In this document: in pieces, positions 32,401-43,008 of the stretch
How positions within the stretch are numbered: position 1 is the stretch's first letter
How the letters are laid out: the number at the start of each line of letters is the position of its first letter
Assembly: GCA_031291275.1 (NCBI GenBank)
Contig: JARLJJ010000423.1
Location: 10,108 to 74,107 of the forward strand
From: Formivibrio sp.
GTDB lineage: Bacteria > Pseudomonadota > Gammaproteobacteria > Burkholderiales > Chitinibacteraceae
Length of the DNA: 64,000 nt
Direction of reading: 5' to 3'
Notes under the pieces: generated by a model
Database searches by the model: none
Told to the model about the DNA's origin: nothing
What the model saw: the letters and a program-made list of their open reading frames with translations, nothing else
Position numbers and translations under genes: made by a program

Positions 32401-34140
32401 TCCGCTGACCAGATTCAGATCAAGATGGCCCAGGGCGCCAAGCCGGGTGAAGGCGGCCAGTTGCCGGGCAGCAAGGTTTCCGAATACATCGGCAAGCTGC
32501 GCTTCTCGGTACCAGGCGTCGGCCTGATTTCGCCACCGCCGCACCACGACATCTATTCGATCGAAGATTTGGCCCAGCTGATTCACGATCTGAAGAACGT
32601 CAACCCGCAGGCCGGCATCTCGGTGAAACTGGTCTCCGAAGTGGGCGTCGGCACCGTGGCCGCCGGGGTTGCCAAGTGCAAGGCCGATCACGTGGTGATC
32701 GCCGGGCATGACGGCGGCACAGGCGCATCGCCGCTATCGTCGATCAAGTATGCCGGTTCGCCGTGGGAACTGGGTCTCTCGGAAACCCAGCAGACTTTGG
32801 TGCTCAACCGCCTGCGCAGCCGCATTGTGGTTCAAGTCGACGGCCAGATGAAAACCGGCCGTGACGTGGTGATCGGCGCACTGCTCGGCGCAGACGAGTT
32901 CGGTTTTGCCACGGCACCGCTGGTCGTGGAAGGCTGCATCATGATGCGCAAGTGCCACCTGAACACCTGCCCGGTGGGCGTGGCCACGCAAGATCCGGAA
33001 CTGCGCAAGAAATTCTCCGGCAATCCGGAACACGTCGTGCGTTATTTCTTCTTTGTGGCCGAAGAAGTACGCGAAATCATGGCGCAAATGGGCATCCGCA
33101 AGTTCAGCGATCTGATTGGTCGTGCCGATCTGCTCGACAAAAAGGCGGCCATTGCACACTGGAAAGCGCAGGGACTGGATTTCAGCAAGATATTCCACCT
33201 GCCCAATGTCCCCGCAGATGTGCCTCGCCAGGCCATCGACAAACAGGATCACATGCTGGAAAAGGCGCTCGATCACAAACTGATCGAACAGGCCAAGCCC
33301 GCCATCGACAAGGGCGAACGCGTTTCCTTCATCTCCAAGATCAGGAACGTTAACCGCTCGGTCGGTGCGATGCTGTCCGGCGAAGTCGCCAAGAAATATG
33401 GTCATGGCGGCTTGCCCGATGACACCATCCACATCCAGTTGACCGGCACTGCCGGCCAAAGCTTCGGCGCATTCCTTGCGCACGGCGTGACACTCGATCT
33501 GGTCGGCGAAGGCAACGATTACGTGGGCAAGGGTATTTCCGGCGGCCGCATCATCGTACGCAGCCCGAATGACTTCCGCGGCTTTGGCCCGGAACACATC
33601 ATTGCCGGCAATACCGTGCTGTTCGGTGCCATTGGCGGCGAAGCCTACTTCAACGGCGTGGGCGGCGAGCGTTTCTGCGTACGCAACTCGGGTGCCGCGG
33701 CCGTGGTGGAAGGCCTTGGAGATCACGGTTGTGAATACATGACCGGCGGCACAGTGGTCGTTCTGGGCGAAACCGGCCGCAACTTTGCAGCAGGGATGTC
33801 CGGCGGCGTAGCGTACGTTTACGATCCGGCAGGCACTTTTTCCAAGAAGTGCAACCATGCCATGGTCGATCTGGAGCGTGTATTGCCTGCAGCCGAACAA
33901 GCTGAAAAAGTCGAGAAGGCCGTGTGGCATTCCGTTCAACGCGGCAGAAAGGCCGAAGCGGATGAAGCCATCCTGAAGCATTTGATCGAAAGCCACTTCA
34001 AGTACACCGGCAGCATGCGTGCCAAGGCGTTGCTTGAAAACTGGGCCGAAGCCCGCGCCGCTTTCGTCAAGGTCATGCCGAAGGAATATCGCCGTGCGCT
34101 GAAGGAACTGGCTGCCGCCAAGGATATGGTCACTGCATAA
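29470..34140 (+). CDS. gltB: Glutamate synthase large subunit (copy 2, betaproteobacterial-type)
   Basis: [50 protein letters not shown]. Confidence 0.96.
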   Translation: MQQPQGLYDPANEHDACGVGFVAHIKGSKSHEIVQNGLKILENIDHRGAVGADPLMGDGAGILIQIPDQLFREELAATGVKLPIAGEYGVGMVFLPKEAASRLACEQEIERAVRAEGQVLLGWRDVPVDHTMPMSPTVKTKEPIIRQVFIGRGPDVMVTEALERKLYVIRKTASHAIQKLGLKHGGEYYVPSMSARTIIYKGLLLATQVGVYYKDLADPRCVSALALVHQRFSTNTFPEWPLAHPYRMIAHNGEINTVKGNFNWLRAREGVMKSAVLGNDLEKLYPLVYDGQSDTATFDNCIELLTMAGYPLAQAAMMMIPEAWEQHELMDANRRAFYEYHAAMMEPWDGPAAIAFTDGRQIGATLDRNGLRPARYIVTDDDIVVMASEAGVLPIPENKIVKKWRLQPGKMFLIDMEAGRIIDDQELKNALANAKPYREWISRIQIKLDEVDGPEPKPLQLASLLDRQQAFGYTQEDTKFLMTPMALNGEEAIGSMGNDSPMAVMSDKLKPLYNYFRQLFAQVTNPPIDPIREALVMSTVSFIGPKPNLLDLNNINPPMRLEVSQPILDFKDMAKLRYIEQYTDNKFKSYELNICYPVIWGNEGIEARLASLCAEAEDAVKSGYTILIVSDRKMDAQNVAIPALLATSAIHLHLVKQGLRTCTGLVVETGSARETHHFALLAGYGAEAIHPYLAMETLREIALAHAKIDGDKAIYNYIKAVGKGLSKVMSKMGISTYQSYCGAQIFEAIGLNHDLINKYFTGTPSNVEGIGIFEVAEEAVRLHKQAFGNDPVLANMLDAGGEYAFRIRGEEHMWTPDAIAKLQHSTRSGNVQSFKEYSQIINDQSRRHMTLRGLFEFKLDPAKAIPLDEVESAKEIVKRFATGAMSLGSISTEAHSTLAIAMNRIGGKSNTGEGGEDDKRYRNEMNGIFIKKGETLAGVLGSDVIERDIDLQAGDSLRSKIKQVASGRFGVTADYLTSADQIQIKMAQGAKPGEGGQLPGSKVSEYIGKLRFSVPGVGLISPPPHHDIYSIEDLAQLIHDLKNVNPQAGISVKLVSEVGVGTVAAGVAKCKADHVVIAGHDGGTGASPLSSIKYAGSPWELGLSETQQTLVLNRLRSRIVVQVDGQMKTGRDVVIGALLGADEFGFATAPLVVEGCIMMRKCHLNTCPVGVATQDPELRKKFSGNPEHVVRYFFFVAEEVREIMAQMGIRKFSDLIGRADLLDKKAAIAHWKAQGLDFSKIFHLPNVPADVPRQAIDKQDHMLEKALDHKLIEQAKPAIDKGERVSFISKIRNVNRSVGAMLSGEVAKKYGHGGLPDDTIHIQLTGTAGQSFGAFLAHGVTLDLVGEGNDYVGKGISGGRIIVRSPNDFRGFGPEHIIAGNTVLFGAIGGEAYFNGVGGERFCVRNSGAAAVVEGLGDHGCEYMTGGTVVVLGETGRNFAAGMSGGVAYVYDPAGTFSKKCNHAMVDLERVLPAAEQAEKVEKAVWHSVQRGRKAEADEAILKHLIESHFKYTGSMRAKALLENWAEARAAFVKVMPKEYRRALKELAAAKDMVTA

Positions 34141-34146
34141 AAACCT

Positions 34147-34222
34147 TTCCGCCACAGAGGCACAGCGTCAGGAAGAAAACGTTTGGGGTATTTCCCACAT
34201 TTCTCCCAGCCTCTGTGGTGAA
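34147..34222. repeat. Inverted-repeat element in the second gltB-gltD spacer
   Basis: CCACAGAGGC (34152-34161) pairs with GCCTCTGTGG (34209-34218); left arm continues ACAG as a partial repeat. Confidence 0.55.
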
Positions 34223-34241
34223 CAGTTTTAAAGGAATTAAA

Positions 34242-35726
34242 ATGGGTAAGGTCACCGGGTTTATGGAGTTTCCACGCCAGGAAGAAGGCTACGAAGCACC
34301 AGAATCACGCAAGAAACACTTTAAAGAATTCGTCGCGCACTTGACCGACGATCAAGCAAAAATCCAGGGCGCCCGTTGCATGGATTGCGGCATTCCGTTC
34401 TGCAACAACGGCTGCCCGGTCAACAACATCATCCCGGATTTCAACGATCTGGTTTACAAGCATCAATGGCAGGAAGCCATTGAAGTGCTGCATTCCACCA
34501 ACAACTTCCCGGAATTCACCGGCCGCATCTGCCCGGCACCGTGTGAAGCCGCCTGTACACTCGGCATTCATGAACCGCCCGTCGGTATCAAGTCGATTGA
34601 ACATGCGATCATCGACAAAGCCTGGGAAAACGGTTGGGTGACGCCACAAGTTCCGTCAGTGAAGACCGGAAAGAAAGTGGCCGTTGTCGGTTCTGGCCCG
34701 GCAGGTCTTGCCACTGCGCAGCAACTGGCACGCGCTGGCCATGATGTTACCGTCTTCGAAAAACGCGACCGTATCGGCGGACTGCTGCGTTATGGCATTC
34801 CTGACTTCAAGCTCGACAAGGGGTTGATCGATCGCCGCATGAAACAACTGGAAGCTGAAGGCGTGACCTTCCGCACCGGCGTTTACATCGGCGATGCCGA
34901 CCTGCCCAAGGGGGTGGGCTCGGACGCGAAGGTCAAGACTTCGCCCAAGCAACTCGTCAAGGATTTCGATGCCGTCGTGATTGCCGCCGGCTCCGAAACC
35001 CCGCGCGATCTGCCGGTACCGGGCCGTGAACTCGAAGGCGTTTATTACGCCATGGAATTCCTGCCGCAACAAAACAAGGTCAACGCCGGCGACAAGCTGA
35101 AAGACCAGATCAAGGTCACTGGCAAGCATGTGGTCGTGATCGGCGGCGGCGATACCGGCTCCGATTGCGTCGGCACCAGCAACCGCCAGGGCGCCAAGAG
35201 CGTTCTGCAATTTGAACTGATGCCCAAGCCACCAGTGCAGGAAAACAAGGCCCTGACCTGGCCGTACTGGCCCCTCAAGCTACGCACCTCGTCCAGCCAC
35301 GATGAAGGCTGCGAGCGCGAATGGTCGATCACCACCAAGGAGTTCCGCGGTGAAAACGGCAAGCTCAAATCAGTCGTGACTGCAGAAGTCGCCTGGACCA
35401 AGGATGCAATTACCGGCCAGATGAAAATGAGCGAAGTACCTGGCTCGGAAAAAGTCATTCCGGCCGAATTTGTCTTCCTCGCCATGGGCTTTACCAACCC
35501 GGTCGCCACCATGCTCGAAGCTTTCGGCGTCGAAAAAGACCCGCGCGGCAATGCCAAGGCCACTACCGACGGTGCCGGTTGCTATGCCACCAACGTGCCG
35601 AAAGTTTTCGCGGCCGGTGACGTACGCCGAGGCCAATCGCTGGTCGTCTGGGCGATTCGCGAAGGCCGTCAGGCTGCCCGCGAGGTGGATGCGTTCTTGA
35701 TGGGAAGCTCTGTCTTGCCGCGTTAA
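34242..35726 (+). CDS. gltD: Glutamate synthase small subunit (copy 2)
   Basis: [55 protein letters not shown]. Confidence 0.95.
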   Translation: MGKVTGFMEFPRQEEGYEAPESRKKHFKEFVAHLTDDQAKIQGARCMDCGIPFCNNGCPVNNIIPDFNDLVYKHQWQEAIEVLHSTNNFPEFTGRICPAPCEAACTLGIHEPPVGIKSIEHAIIDKAWENGWVTPQVPSVKTGKKVAVVGSGPAGLATAQQLARAGHDVTVFEKRDRIGGLLRYGIPDFKLDKGLIDRRMKQLEAEGVTFRTGVYIGDADLPKGVGSDAKVKTSPKQLVKDFDAVVIAAGSETPRDLPVPGRELEGVYYAMEFLPQQNKVNAGDKLKDQIKVTGKHVVVIGGGDTGSDCVGTSNRQGAKSVLQFELMPKPPVQENKALTWPYWPLKLRTSSSHDEGCEREWSITTKEFRGENGKLKSVVTAEVAWTKDAITGQMKMSEVPGSEKVIPAEFVFLAMGFTNPVATMLEAFGVEKDPRGNAKATTDGAGCYATNVPKVFAAGDVRRGQSLVVWAIREGRQAAREVDAFLMGSSVLPR

Positions 35727-35741
35727 ACACGGCAAATTGCA

Positions 35742-35783
35742 AGAAACCAAAAAGGCTATCTTCGGATAGCCTTTTTGGTTTCT
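35742..35783 (+). terminator. Rho-independent terminator, potentially bidirectional
   Basis: AGAAACCAAAAAGGCTATC-TTCG-GATAGCCTTTTTGGTTTCT perfect stem with UUCG loop. Confidence 0.85.
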
Positions 35784-35925
35784 ACGGTACTTCTGTTTTC
35801 ATTTGCACATGCAATCTGACTGACTCGGTTTGGATGGGTTAATTGTTGACCACGCCAAATGCCAAATTGATATCCCTAAAAAATGGTGTTTACTTAACAT
35901 AGGCAAAGCACGAGGGGAACACGGC

Positions 35926-36828
35926 ATGTACAAAACCAGCAAGGAAGAGCTGCAATTCACGTTGCAGCAGCTGGACCAAGCACTTTATTACCATGAACAT
36001 TGGCTTGCCGAACTCACCCGTACTATTGTCTGCCGACTCCCCTATGACCCGAGCGATATCGCGGAGGACTCGCATCGTCATTGTCGTTTCGGCAAATGGT
36101 GTTACGACAATCCACCGACCGCGTTTCGCGAACATCCGACCTTCATCGCCATGGCCATCGAGCACCAGCGCATGCACCAACTGGGCGCACGATTGCTGCT
36201 TGCGTCAACACATGATCCGTTAGGTCTTCCAAAGGACTACGATAGTTTCAGAAACGCGCTGGACCGCCTTCGCCTGGAAATCGATACGCTGAAACGTGAA
36301 ATTGAAGATTCACTGAATAATCGCGATGACTTGACGGGAGCGGAGAATCGCGTCCGCATGCTCACCAAGTTGCGCGAACTGCATGAACTGGTCAAACGGC
36401 GCGTTCACCCCTGTGGCATCGCCATCATGGATATGGATCATTTCAAGAAGATCAATGATAGCTATGGTCATCCTTTTGGCGACCAAGTCCTTGCAACCGC
36501 CGTCCGCCACGTCATGTCGCAGTTGCGGCCTTACGACAGCGTGTTCCGCTACGGTGGCGACGAGTTCCTGATCACCTTGCCCGATGCAGATCAGCAAATC
36601 ACCGAAGCGATCATCGGCCGTATTCTGGAAAAGCTCGCAGTCTCTACCGACAAGCCCAAAGTTATTTCCACGACTGCGTCATTTGGTATTACACAACTCG
36701 AGCCCGATGTCAGTGTAGAGGAATCGATCAATCGTGCGGACATGGCCCTGTTTGCAGCCAAGACGTCGGGCCGTAACAGTTCTTGCGTCTGGAACCCTTC
36801 AATGACGCACAGGCTCGACGGAGATTAG
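35926..36828 (+). CDS. Diguanylate cyclase with N-terminal CZB zinc-binding domain (DgcZ-like)
   Basis: H..W (HEHWL), HCRFGKW and HQRMH CZB ligands; DMDHFKKINDSYGH, RPYD I-site, RYGGDEF. Confidence 0.9.
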   Translation: MYKTSKEELQFTLQQLDQALYYHEHWLAELTRTIVCRLPYDPSDIAEDSHRHCRFGKWCYDNPPTAFREHPTFIAMAIEHQRMHQLGARLLLASTHDPLGLPKDYDSFRNALDRLRLEIDTLKREIEDSLNNRDDLTGAENRVRMLTKLRELHELVKRRVHPCGIAIMDMDHFKKINDSYGHPFGDQVLATAVRHVMSQLRPYDSVFRYGGDEFLITLPDADQQITEAIIGRILEKLAVSTDKPKVISTTASFGITQLEPDVSVEESINRADMALFAAKTSGRNSSCVWNPSMTHRLDGD

Positions 36829-37019
36829 CCAAGTTGACCGCCACATGGTCATGCATAATAAGCCAAGAAAAATCCCACAAGTACGACACCAAGCACAGAT
36901 CATCTGAACCAGAAAATGCATCACTCCCCGCTCGCCCGAGGGAAATAGGCATTGTTTGGGCCCGATGAATACCACAGCCACAAGCACTCCGTCTTGCATT
37001 TGCATGCGGCCAAGACTGA

Positions 37020-37373
37020 TCAGACCTGCCGGGTCGCGGCCATGAATGCAATCTCGACCAACAGGTCTGGCGAAGCCAATTCCGCGCGGACACAGACCCG
37101 CGCAGGAGCGTGTCCTTTGGGCAACCAGTCCACCCAAATTTCATTGAAGACCGCCCGGTTGGAAAAATCGGTCAGGTAAATAGTAGCCATCATCAAGCGA
37201 CTCTTGTCCGAGCCAATGGCTTGCAGAGTGCGATCCGCCTGAGTCAGGAGCGCCAACGTCTGCTCGCGGAAGCTCTCGCCACTTTCCGGCACTTCCACAA
37301 AATAGCCAATGCCGTTGAATGACACTGCATCCGACCAGAGAACGGTGGGATTATAACGCTGGATGTCCGTCAT
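37020..37373 (-). CDS. RidA/YjgF family protein (YoaB-like)
   Basis: GSDKSRL, ATIYL, FNEIWVDWLPKGHAPARVCV, LLVEI. Confidence 0.9.
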   Translation of the reverse strand: MTDIQRYNPTVLWSDAVSFNGIGYFVEVPESGESFREQTLALLTQADRTLQAIGSDKSRLMMATIYLTDFSNRAVFNEIWVDWLPKGHAPARVCVRAELASPDLLVEIAFMAATRQV

Positions 37374-37506
37374 GGTTTTATCCGCAGAAATACGATGAGT
37401 GATGCTGCAATCCAGTCATCGGTTATCTTTCTTTGCCCTGGAATCACGAGTAAGCCTTGCCCTTTGAGTGAGGCATCAAGTGCGGGAAATACCGCAGGAC
37501 CAAACT

Positions 37507-38196
37507 CTATAGTTGCGGCAGCATATAGCGCACCAGATCCAGGCTATTGTGACTCGCGAGCGGCAAAAACTCTTCAAAATTCACCCCGGCACTGCCATCA
37601 GCCTTATCGGAGATGGTTCGCGCCACAAGACACGGCACATCATTAATGGCGCACACTTGCGCCACGCTGGCACCTTCCATCTCGACACCATCCCCGGCCA
37701 GTTCATCGGCAAGATAGGCATGGCTGGCCATTTCCCGATGCGAAATAAATTGGTCTCCGGTGCAAATCCGGCCGAGATGCAATTTCCCTTGATAGGGAAC
37801 AAACTCGCTGGCCAAGTGCAGCAAACGTGGATCTGCAGGCAGAAACCGCCAGTCCGAAAAAGGAATCTGGCCGCGCGGAAAACCGATTCCTGAGGCTTCC
37901 ATATCATGCTGTACCAAATCACTCGCAATCAGCGTGTCGCCGATGGCGATATGGGGCTGCAGGCTACCGGCAAGCCCGGTGAACAACACGGCCAAGGGGT
38001 GGTATGCATCGATCAGATGTTGCGTCATCATGGCCGCCATAACCTTACCCACCCCACTTTTGCTGACCAAAACCGCTCGCCCCTCAATGGTGCCCTGATG
38101 ATGGTCAAAACCGTTCCAGTGCAAAATCTTCGCATTATCCATAACCGACAAGAAACTGCTGATTTCGCTGTCCATTGCGCCCAGAATGACAATCAT
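37507..38196 (-). CDS. mtnN: 5'-methylthioadenosine/S-adenosylhomocysteine nucleosidase
   Basis: ILGAMDSEI, SGVGKVMAA, TGDQF, VEMEGASVAQVC, RTISDKADG. Confidence 0.93.
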   Translation of the reverse strand: MIVILGAMDSEISSFLSVMDNAKILHWNGFDHHQGTIEGRAVLVSKSGVGKVMAAMMTQHLIDAYHPLAVLFTGLAGSLQPHIAIGDTLIASDLVQHDMEASGIGFPRGQIPFSDWRFLPADPRLLHLASEFVPYQGKLHLGRICTGDQFISHREMASHAYLADELAGDGVEMEGASVAQVCAINDVPCLVARTISDKADGSAGVNFEEFLPLASHNSLDLVRYMLPQL

Positions 38197-38431
38197 GCCC
38201 GATGCTCCATACTAAGAATAAGTTTAATTGTAGCAGCGCCTTATACGACATTAGGCGAGGACTTTCCTGCCAACAGGCCTCTGATTGTTCCCATTTCAAT
38301 GTTGTCACGCAACGAATAATCGATAGCTATCGACAAACATTCAAGACGGCACAAGGCCAAACTCATTCCCCGAGTCAGGAGGTAATTCCCAAATTAACGA
38401 TAACAATTTGTTACGGACAAAGAGCTTTTTA

Positions 38432-38471
38432 ATATAACCGTTGTGAATATGCATATTCACAACGGTTATAT
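38432..38471. repeat. Perfect 40-bp palindrome with no spacer
   Basis: ATATAACCGTTGTGAATATG|CATATTCACAACGGTTATAT is identical to its reverse complement. Confidence 0.9.
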
Positions 38472-38514
38472 ACGGTGCGATACTGACTACTCCGCAAATC
38501 ATGAGGGAGCATTG

Positions 38515-38883
38515 ATGGAACAAAACATTCTCTTGGTTCTTATTGGTTTGGTTGCCGGGGTATGTTCCGGCGTGTTTGGTATTGGCGGGGGGGTATTGAT
38601 CGTTCCTGCCTTGGTCTACCTACTAAAATTCCCGATCCATAGTGCTATCGGTACCAGCCTGGCCATTCTGCTCCCACCGATCGGCGCAGCGGCAGTCTTT
38701 GCCTATTACCGGGCCGGCCATGTGGATATCAAAGCAGCAGTCATCATCGCGGCAACCGTATTTGTCGGTGCCTGGCTCGGGGCACAGATTGCGGGCCGGC
38801 TAGATGCACAGATCATGCGCACACTATTTGGCATTTTTCTGATTGCGCTGGGCTGTTATTCCTTGTTTGCTGGCAAGCCATGA
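38515..38883 (+). CDS. Half-size TauE/SafE (TSUP) family membrane protein
   Basis: GLVAGVCSGVFGIGGGVLIVP, AIGTSL, YYRAGHVD; 122 aa; RBS GAGGGAG. Confidence 0.88.
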   Translation: MEQNILLVLIGLVAGVCSGVFGIGGGVLIVPALVYLLKFPIHSAIGTSLAILLPPIGAAAVFAYYRAGHVDIKAAVIIAATVFVGAWLGAQIAGRLDAQIMRTLFGIFLIALGCYSLFAGKP

Positions 38884-39046
38884 TATTCAGCACAAAATCA
38901 TGCGGCTCCCATGCCTTGAGCGCATGCACAACCATGCATACCCCAACTCCCCCTGCGATAGATCATGAACAAGATCGAAGAGCAGACCCTGCCGGAATTT
39001 ACCTGTAAAATCGCGCCTTTGTTCCCCTAGCTCAAGGATTGGTACC

Positions 39047-39661
39047 GTGCAGATCGTTTGTCTCGATATGGAAGGCGTTTTGGTTCCGGAAATCTGGATC
39101 GCCTTTGCCGAACGCACCGGCATTCCCGAATTGCGCCGTACGACACGTGATGAGCCTGATTACGACAAGCTCATGAAGTATCGCTTGAACATTTTGCGCG
39201 AGCACAAGCTGGGCTTGCCGGACATCCAGGAAGTGATTGGCGCACTCGGCCCAATGGAAGGCTGCAAGGAGTTTCTGGATGCACTGCGCCTGGATTACCA
39301 GGTGGTGATTCTGTCCGACACCTTCTACGAATTCGCCAAGCCCCTGATGGCGCAGATGGGCCAGCCCACGCTGTTCTGCCATAGCCTGGAAGCCGATGCC
39401 AGCGGTACGGTGGTGAACTATCATCTGCGCATGCCCGACCAGAAAAGGCATGCGGTCGAGGCCTTCAAATCACTGAACTTCAAGGTCATCGCTGCCGGCG
39501 ACAGCTACAACGATACCGCGATGCTCGGGGCAGCCGATGCAGGCATCCTGATGCACCCACCGGAAAACGTGGTGCGCGAATTCCCGCAGTATCCCGTGGT
39601 GCGTACCTATGACGATCTGCGTGCAGAAATCGACAAGGCGTCTGCGCGGATCATGGACTGA
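39047..39661 (+). CDS. thrH: Phosphoserine phosphatase / homoserine phosphotransferase
   Basis: CLDMEGVLVPEIW..TTRDEPDYDKLM, ILSDTFYEF, AAGDSYNDT. Confidence 0.95.
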   Translation: MQIVCLDMEGVLVPEIWIAFAERTGIPELRRTTRDEPDYDKLMKYRLNILREHKLGLPDIQEVIGALGPMEGCKEFLDALRLDYQVVILSDTFYEFAKPLMAQMGQPTLFCHSLEADASGTVVNYHLRMPDQKRHAVEAFKSLNFKVIAAGDSYNDTAMLGAADAGILMHPPENVVREFPQYPVVRTYDDLRAEIDKASARIMD

Positions 39662-39671
39662 GCTGACGGGA

Positions 39672-40280
39672 ATGAAATATCGCATCCTGCTGGTCCTGTT
39701 GCTTTCCATCGCAGGGCTGGTCGGATGCGCAAAAACACCCAAGCTTGCGCAACTTCCACCGGAGGCATCGATACTGGCCTTCGGAGACAGCCTGACTTTT
39801 GGCACAGGCGCACAACCTGCCGAAAGCTATCCTGCTGTCCTTGCCGTGCTGACAGGCCACCCGGTGGTCAACGCCGGCATTCCCGGCCAAACCAGCGCAG
39901 AGGGACGGGAACGGCTGGCGCAGACGCTCAACGATACCCACCCGGCGTTGCTGATCCTGTGCATGGGTGGCAATGATTTCCTGCAGAAGTTTCCTGAAAA
40001 GCAAACGGTGGCCAACTTGCGCGCGATGATTGAGTTGACCCAATCGCAACAGGTCCCAATCCTGCTGATCGCCACACCGCGCCCCGGATTGGGAATTTCC
40101 ATCCCGGATTTTTACGCATCCCTTGCCAAACAGTATGCGATCCCACTGGAAGCTAAAGCGTTGGAAGACATCCTGTCCAAACGCGCGCTCAAAAGTGATC
40201 TCGTCCATCCCAATGCAACGGGCTATCGGCAACTCGCCGAAGCCATTGACCTAGTATTGAAAAAAGCCGGAGCACTCTGA
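39672..40280 (+). CDS. SGNH/GDSL arylesterase lipoprotein
   Basis: Lipobox LVGC; AFGDSLTFG, NAGIPG, GGNDFL, DLVHPNATGY. Confidence 0.9.
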   Translation: MKYRILLVLLLSIAGLVGCAKTPKLAQLPPEASILAFGDSLTFGTGAQPAESYPAVLAVLTGHPVVNAGIPGQTSAEGRERLAQTLNDTHPALLILCMGGNDFLQKFPEKQTVANLRAMIELTQSQQVPILLIATPRPGLGISIPDFYASLAKQYAIPLEAKALEDILSKRALKSDLVHPNATGYRQLAEAIDLVLKKAGAL

Positions 40281-40294
40281 ATCATCGGCAGCGC

Positions 40295-40380
40295 GTAGGT
40301 CGGATGAGCCAAAGGCGCCATCCGACGCTGCGGTATTCCAATACGCCGAAGTCGGAAGGCGCTGCGCTTTTCCGACCTAC
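40295..40380. repeat. GTAG-type REP doublet, copy 2
   Basis: GTAGGTCGGATGAGCCAAAGGCGCCATCCGAC ... GTCGGAAGGCGCTGCGCTTTTCCGACCTAC, between convergent genes. Confidence 0.85.
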
Positions 40381-40424
40381 GAGGCTATCAAAGGCATTAA
40401 ATGGGGGCTTCCATGGTACGACGC

Positions 40425-40988
40425 TTACACAGCGTCCATCGCGATCTGCCGACGCACTTCCATCAGCGCAAAACCGAGCAGATTGAGCCCGGGCCAAAGC
40501 TTGGGCACCCTGGCATAAGGGTGTTCCTCGGCCAAGCCGATTCCCCAGATTGCATCGGCGGGACTGGCCTCGACGATCAGGCTGTCGCCGCTGGCCAGCA
40601 GCCACGCTTTTAGCGCCGGATTCTGGCGGAACTTGGCCAGATTGCCGCGCACCACGATATCGAAGCGGTGCCCGCACCAAACCGCTTCGTCGAAGTTGAC
40701 GATCTCCCGGCCGAACTTCTTCACCTCGGCCGGAAAACGCGAACGCAACACTTTGGCCAGCGCGACATCATCACCGAACAGCCGCGCTTTTTCAGCCATC
40801 ATGTAATGCTCGTCCGTGCGGTAACTCACCCCGTCGATTTCAAATCCAGCGGCAAACCACTGACTCAAGCAGGTTTCGCTGATGCTGCCATCCGCATTGG
40901 CAAAGCTGCTCCAGAAAAACAGGTATGGCGGCACGTCGCCCTGCTGCAGGCATTCCAGCAGGCCGGCCATATCGCGAATGCTATTCAT
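40425..40988 (-). CDS. NADAR (YbiA-like) family protein
   Basis: CLSQW, EHYMMAEKARLFGD, GNLAKFRQN, VEASPADAIWGIG, GLNLLGFALM. Confidence 0.9.
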   Translation of the reverse strand: MNSIRDMAGLLECLQQGDVPPYLFFWSSFANADGSISETCLSQWFAAGFEIDGVSYRTDEHYMMAEKARLFGDDVALAKVLRSRFPAEVKKFGREIVNFDEAVWCGHRFDIVVRGNLAKFRQNPALKAWLLASGDSLIVEASPADAIWGIGLAEEHPYARVPKLWPGLNLLGFALMEVRRQIAMDAV

Positions 40989-41014
40989 GGCACACGACTC
41001 CTTTGTAACAGGTC

Positions 41015-41911
41015 CTATACCCAATCGCGCACCGGCAGAAAATCGGTCAACAGACGCGCTTCCGGCGAGCCTTGCGGCGGCTGGTAATTGTAACGCCAGT
41101 GTGCCAGCGGCGGCATCGACATCAGGATCGATTCAGTTCGCCCGCCAGACTGCAGGCCAAACAAGGTGCCACGATCCCACACCAGGTTGAATTCAACATA
41201 GCGTCCGCGCCGATAAGCCTGCCAGTCCCGTTCGCGCTGGCCGTATTCAAGTTCACGCCGTCGTTCAACGATTGGCACATAAGCAGGAAGGAAGGCATTG
41301 CCGACGCTTTGCATCAGGGCAAAGGCGGCATCAAATCCACCTTCGTTGAAATCATCAAAGAAGACGCCGCCTATGCCACGCGCCTCATTGCGATGCTTGA
41401 GGAAGAAATAGCGGTCGCACCAAACCTTGAAACGCGGATAGAGCCCGTCACCGAAAGGATCGAGGGCATCCTTGCACGACTGGTGAAAATGACAGGCATC
41501 TTCCTCACTACCATAACAAGGCGTGAGATCCATGCCGCCGCCAAACCAGTACACATCCGGTTTCCCTTCAGAAAATGCCCGGAAGAAACGGACATTCATA
41601 TGCACGGTGGGCACATACGGATTGCGCGGGTGCAAAACCAGCGACACACCCATCGCCTCGAAGCTATGCCCGGTCAATTCTGGCCGACTGGCCGTGGCCG
41701 ATGCGGGCAGCCCTTCCCCCATCACATGCGAGAAATTGACTCCGCCGCGCTCAAACAATGGACCATCTTCAATGACGCGAGTGATGCCTCCGCCGCCACC
41801 CGGACGATCCCAACGATCCGTGTGAAAACTGCTGCCATCGAGATTTTCCAGTGTGGCCACGATATTCTGCTGCAAGGTCAGCAGGTAATCTTTCACCAAC
41901 GTGGGGTTCAT
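41015..41911 (-). CDS. hemF: Oxygen-dependent coproporphyrinogen III oxidase
   Basis: [58 protein letters not shown]. Confidence 0.96.
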   Translation of the reverse strand: MNPTLVKDYLLTLQQNIVATLENLDGSSFHTDRWDRPGGGGGITRVIEDGPLFERGGVNFSHVMGEGLPASATASRPELTGHSFEAMGVSLVLHPRNPYVPTVHMNVRFFRAFSEGKPDVYWFGGGMDLTPCYGSEEDACHFHQSCKDALDPFGDGLYPRFKVWCDRYFFLKHRNEARGIGGVFFDDFNEGGFDAAFALMQSVGNAFLPAYVPIVERRRELEYGQRERDWQAYRRGRYVEFNLVWDRGTLFGLQSGGRTESILMSMPPLAHWRYNYQPPQGSPEARLLTDFLPVRDWV

Positions 41912-41978
41912 GCGGCCTCCGGATATGAAAACGCCCACGCAAAAGCATGGGCGTTATGTTTCTTCCAGCCAGTCCTGG

Positions 41979-42359
41979 TCAGACTTGCTGAACGGGAATA
42001 CCGTTCTTGGTATGCGTGATCTTGTTACTGCCATCCACGTACACCATCGATGGCTTGTGATTGTCCAATTCCGTTTCATCAATCATCACAAACGTGGCAA
42101 TGATCAACAGATCGCCGACCTGCGCACGCCGAGCGGCAGAGCCATTGAGTGAAATCACGCCGGAGCCGCGCTGGCCTTTGATCGCATAGGTAGAAAAGCG
42201 CTCGCCATTATTGACGTTCCAGATACGCACTTCTTCATACTCTCGAATATTGGCGGCATCAAGCAGGTCCTCATCGATGGCACAAGAACCTTCGTAGTGC
42301 AGCTCGGCATGGGTTGCCGTTACACGGTGGATCTTGGATTTAAGCATCGAACGTTGCAT
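41979..42359 (-). CDS. panD: Aspartate 1-decarboxylase
   Basis: [22 protein letters not shown] (G|S cleavage site), [14 protein letters not shown]. Confidence 0.96.
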   Translation of the reverse strand: MQRSMLKSKIHRVTATHAELHYEGSCAIDEDLLDAANIREYEEVRIWNVNNGERFSTYAIKGQRGSGVISLNGSAARRAQVGDLLIIATFVMIDETELDNHKPSMVYVDGSNKITHTKNGIPVQQV

Positions 42360-42436
42360 GGCAACTCCCTCGCGGGTCAGTCAAAATGAAGCGCAGAATT
42401 ATAGCCCCAGGCTGCGCCAAGCCCAATGGGTGAAAT

Positions 42437-43000
42437 TCACTGTCCGCGATAAACCAGACAGCCATCCAGTAAAAATTCACCATCCTGAGTCCGGGTATTA
42501 ATGGCTACATGATCGAAGGAAAACAATTTTCCATTCACCCGCACCCACGCCGGAATCGGTTTATTCTGATAGCGGCCTACGGTATCTTCGGCACGTTCGA
42601 TATCCAGCGGTATCACCGGAACAGGCACCGGTTCTTCAACCGTCAGGGTGCTGGGCACAGGCAATTCATCATCAGGAGAAACTTCGCGCTGTGCAAGCAC
42701 TTGCCCTTGCGGGCGCAACATACGCAAGTAGGGATTGAATAACCAGTAAGGCACCACCACCCGCCGAACGCGCTTTTTATCGTCGATCAGGCAAGTCACC
42801 GAGAAACTCTCGCCGCAGGAAGGGCACTGTGCCCGAGCGGCAATGGCAATTTGGTTATTCATCACGCATGCCGCACCGACCATATGCTTGGCGGTCAGCA
42901 TGCTGCCGCAATGCAGACAGGGCTTGGAGAATTGACGTACTTGTCCCCCGCTCGAAAAAGACAGCGGCAAAACATCACTGATACGTCGATTTGGTTGCAT
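42437..43000 (-). CDS. Hypothetical protein with CxxC...CxxC zinc-ribbon-like motif
   Basis: CLHCG and CPSCG pairs; 8 nt downstream of the RNase II-family gene. Confidence 0.7.
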   Translation of the reverse strand: MQPNRRISDVLPLSFSSGGQVRQFSKPCLHCGSMLTAKHMVGAACVMNNQIAIAARAQCPSCGESFSVTCLIDDKKRVRRVVVPYWLFNPYLRMLRPQGQVLAQREVSPDDELPVPSTLTVEEPVPVPVIPLDIERAEDTVGRYQNKPIPAWVRVNGKLFSFDHVAINTRTQDGEFLLDGCLVYRGQ

Positions 43001-43008
43001 TTCTACTC

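Noticed and set aside
38432-38471. Protelomerase (telRL-like) target or dif site
   Set aside because: No protelomerase or phage genes nearby and no XerC/XerD consensus; kept only as an unexplained palindrome.
40425-40988. NADAR gene as part of a DarT/NADAR defence system
   Set aside because: No ADP-ribosyltransferase partner is adjacent; it simply follows hemF.
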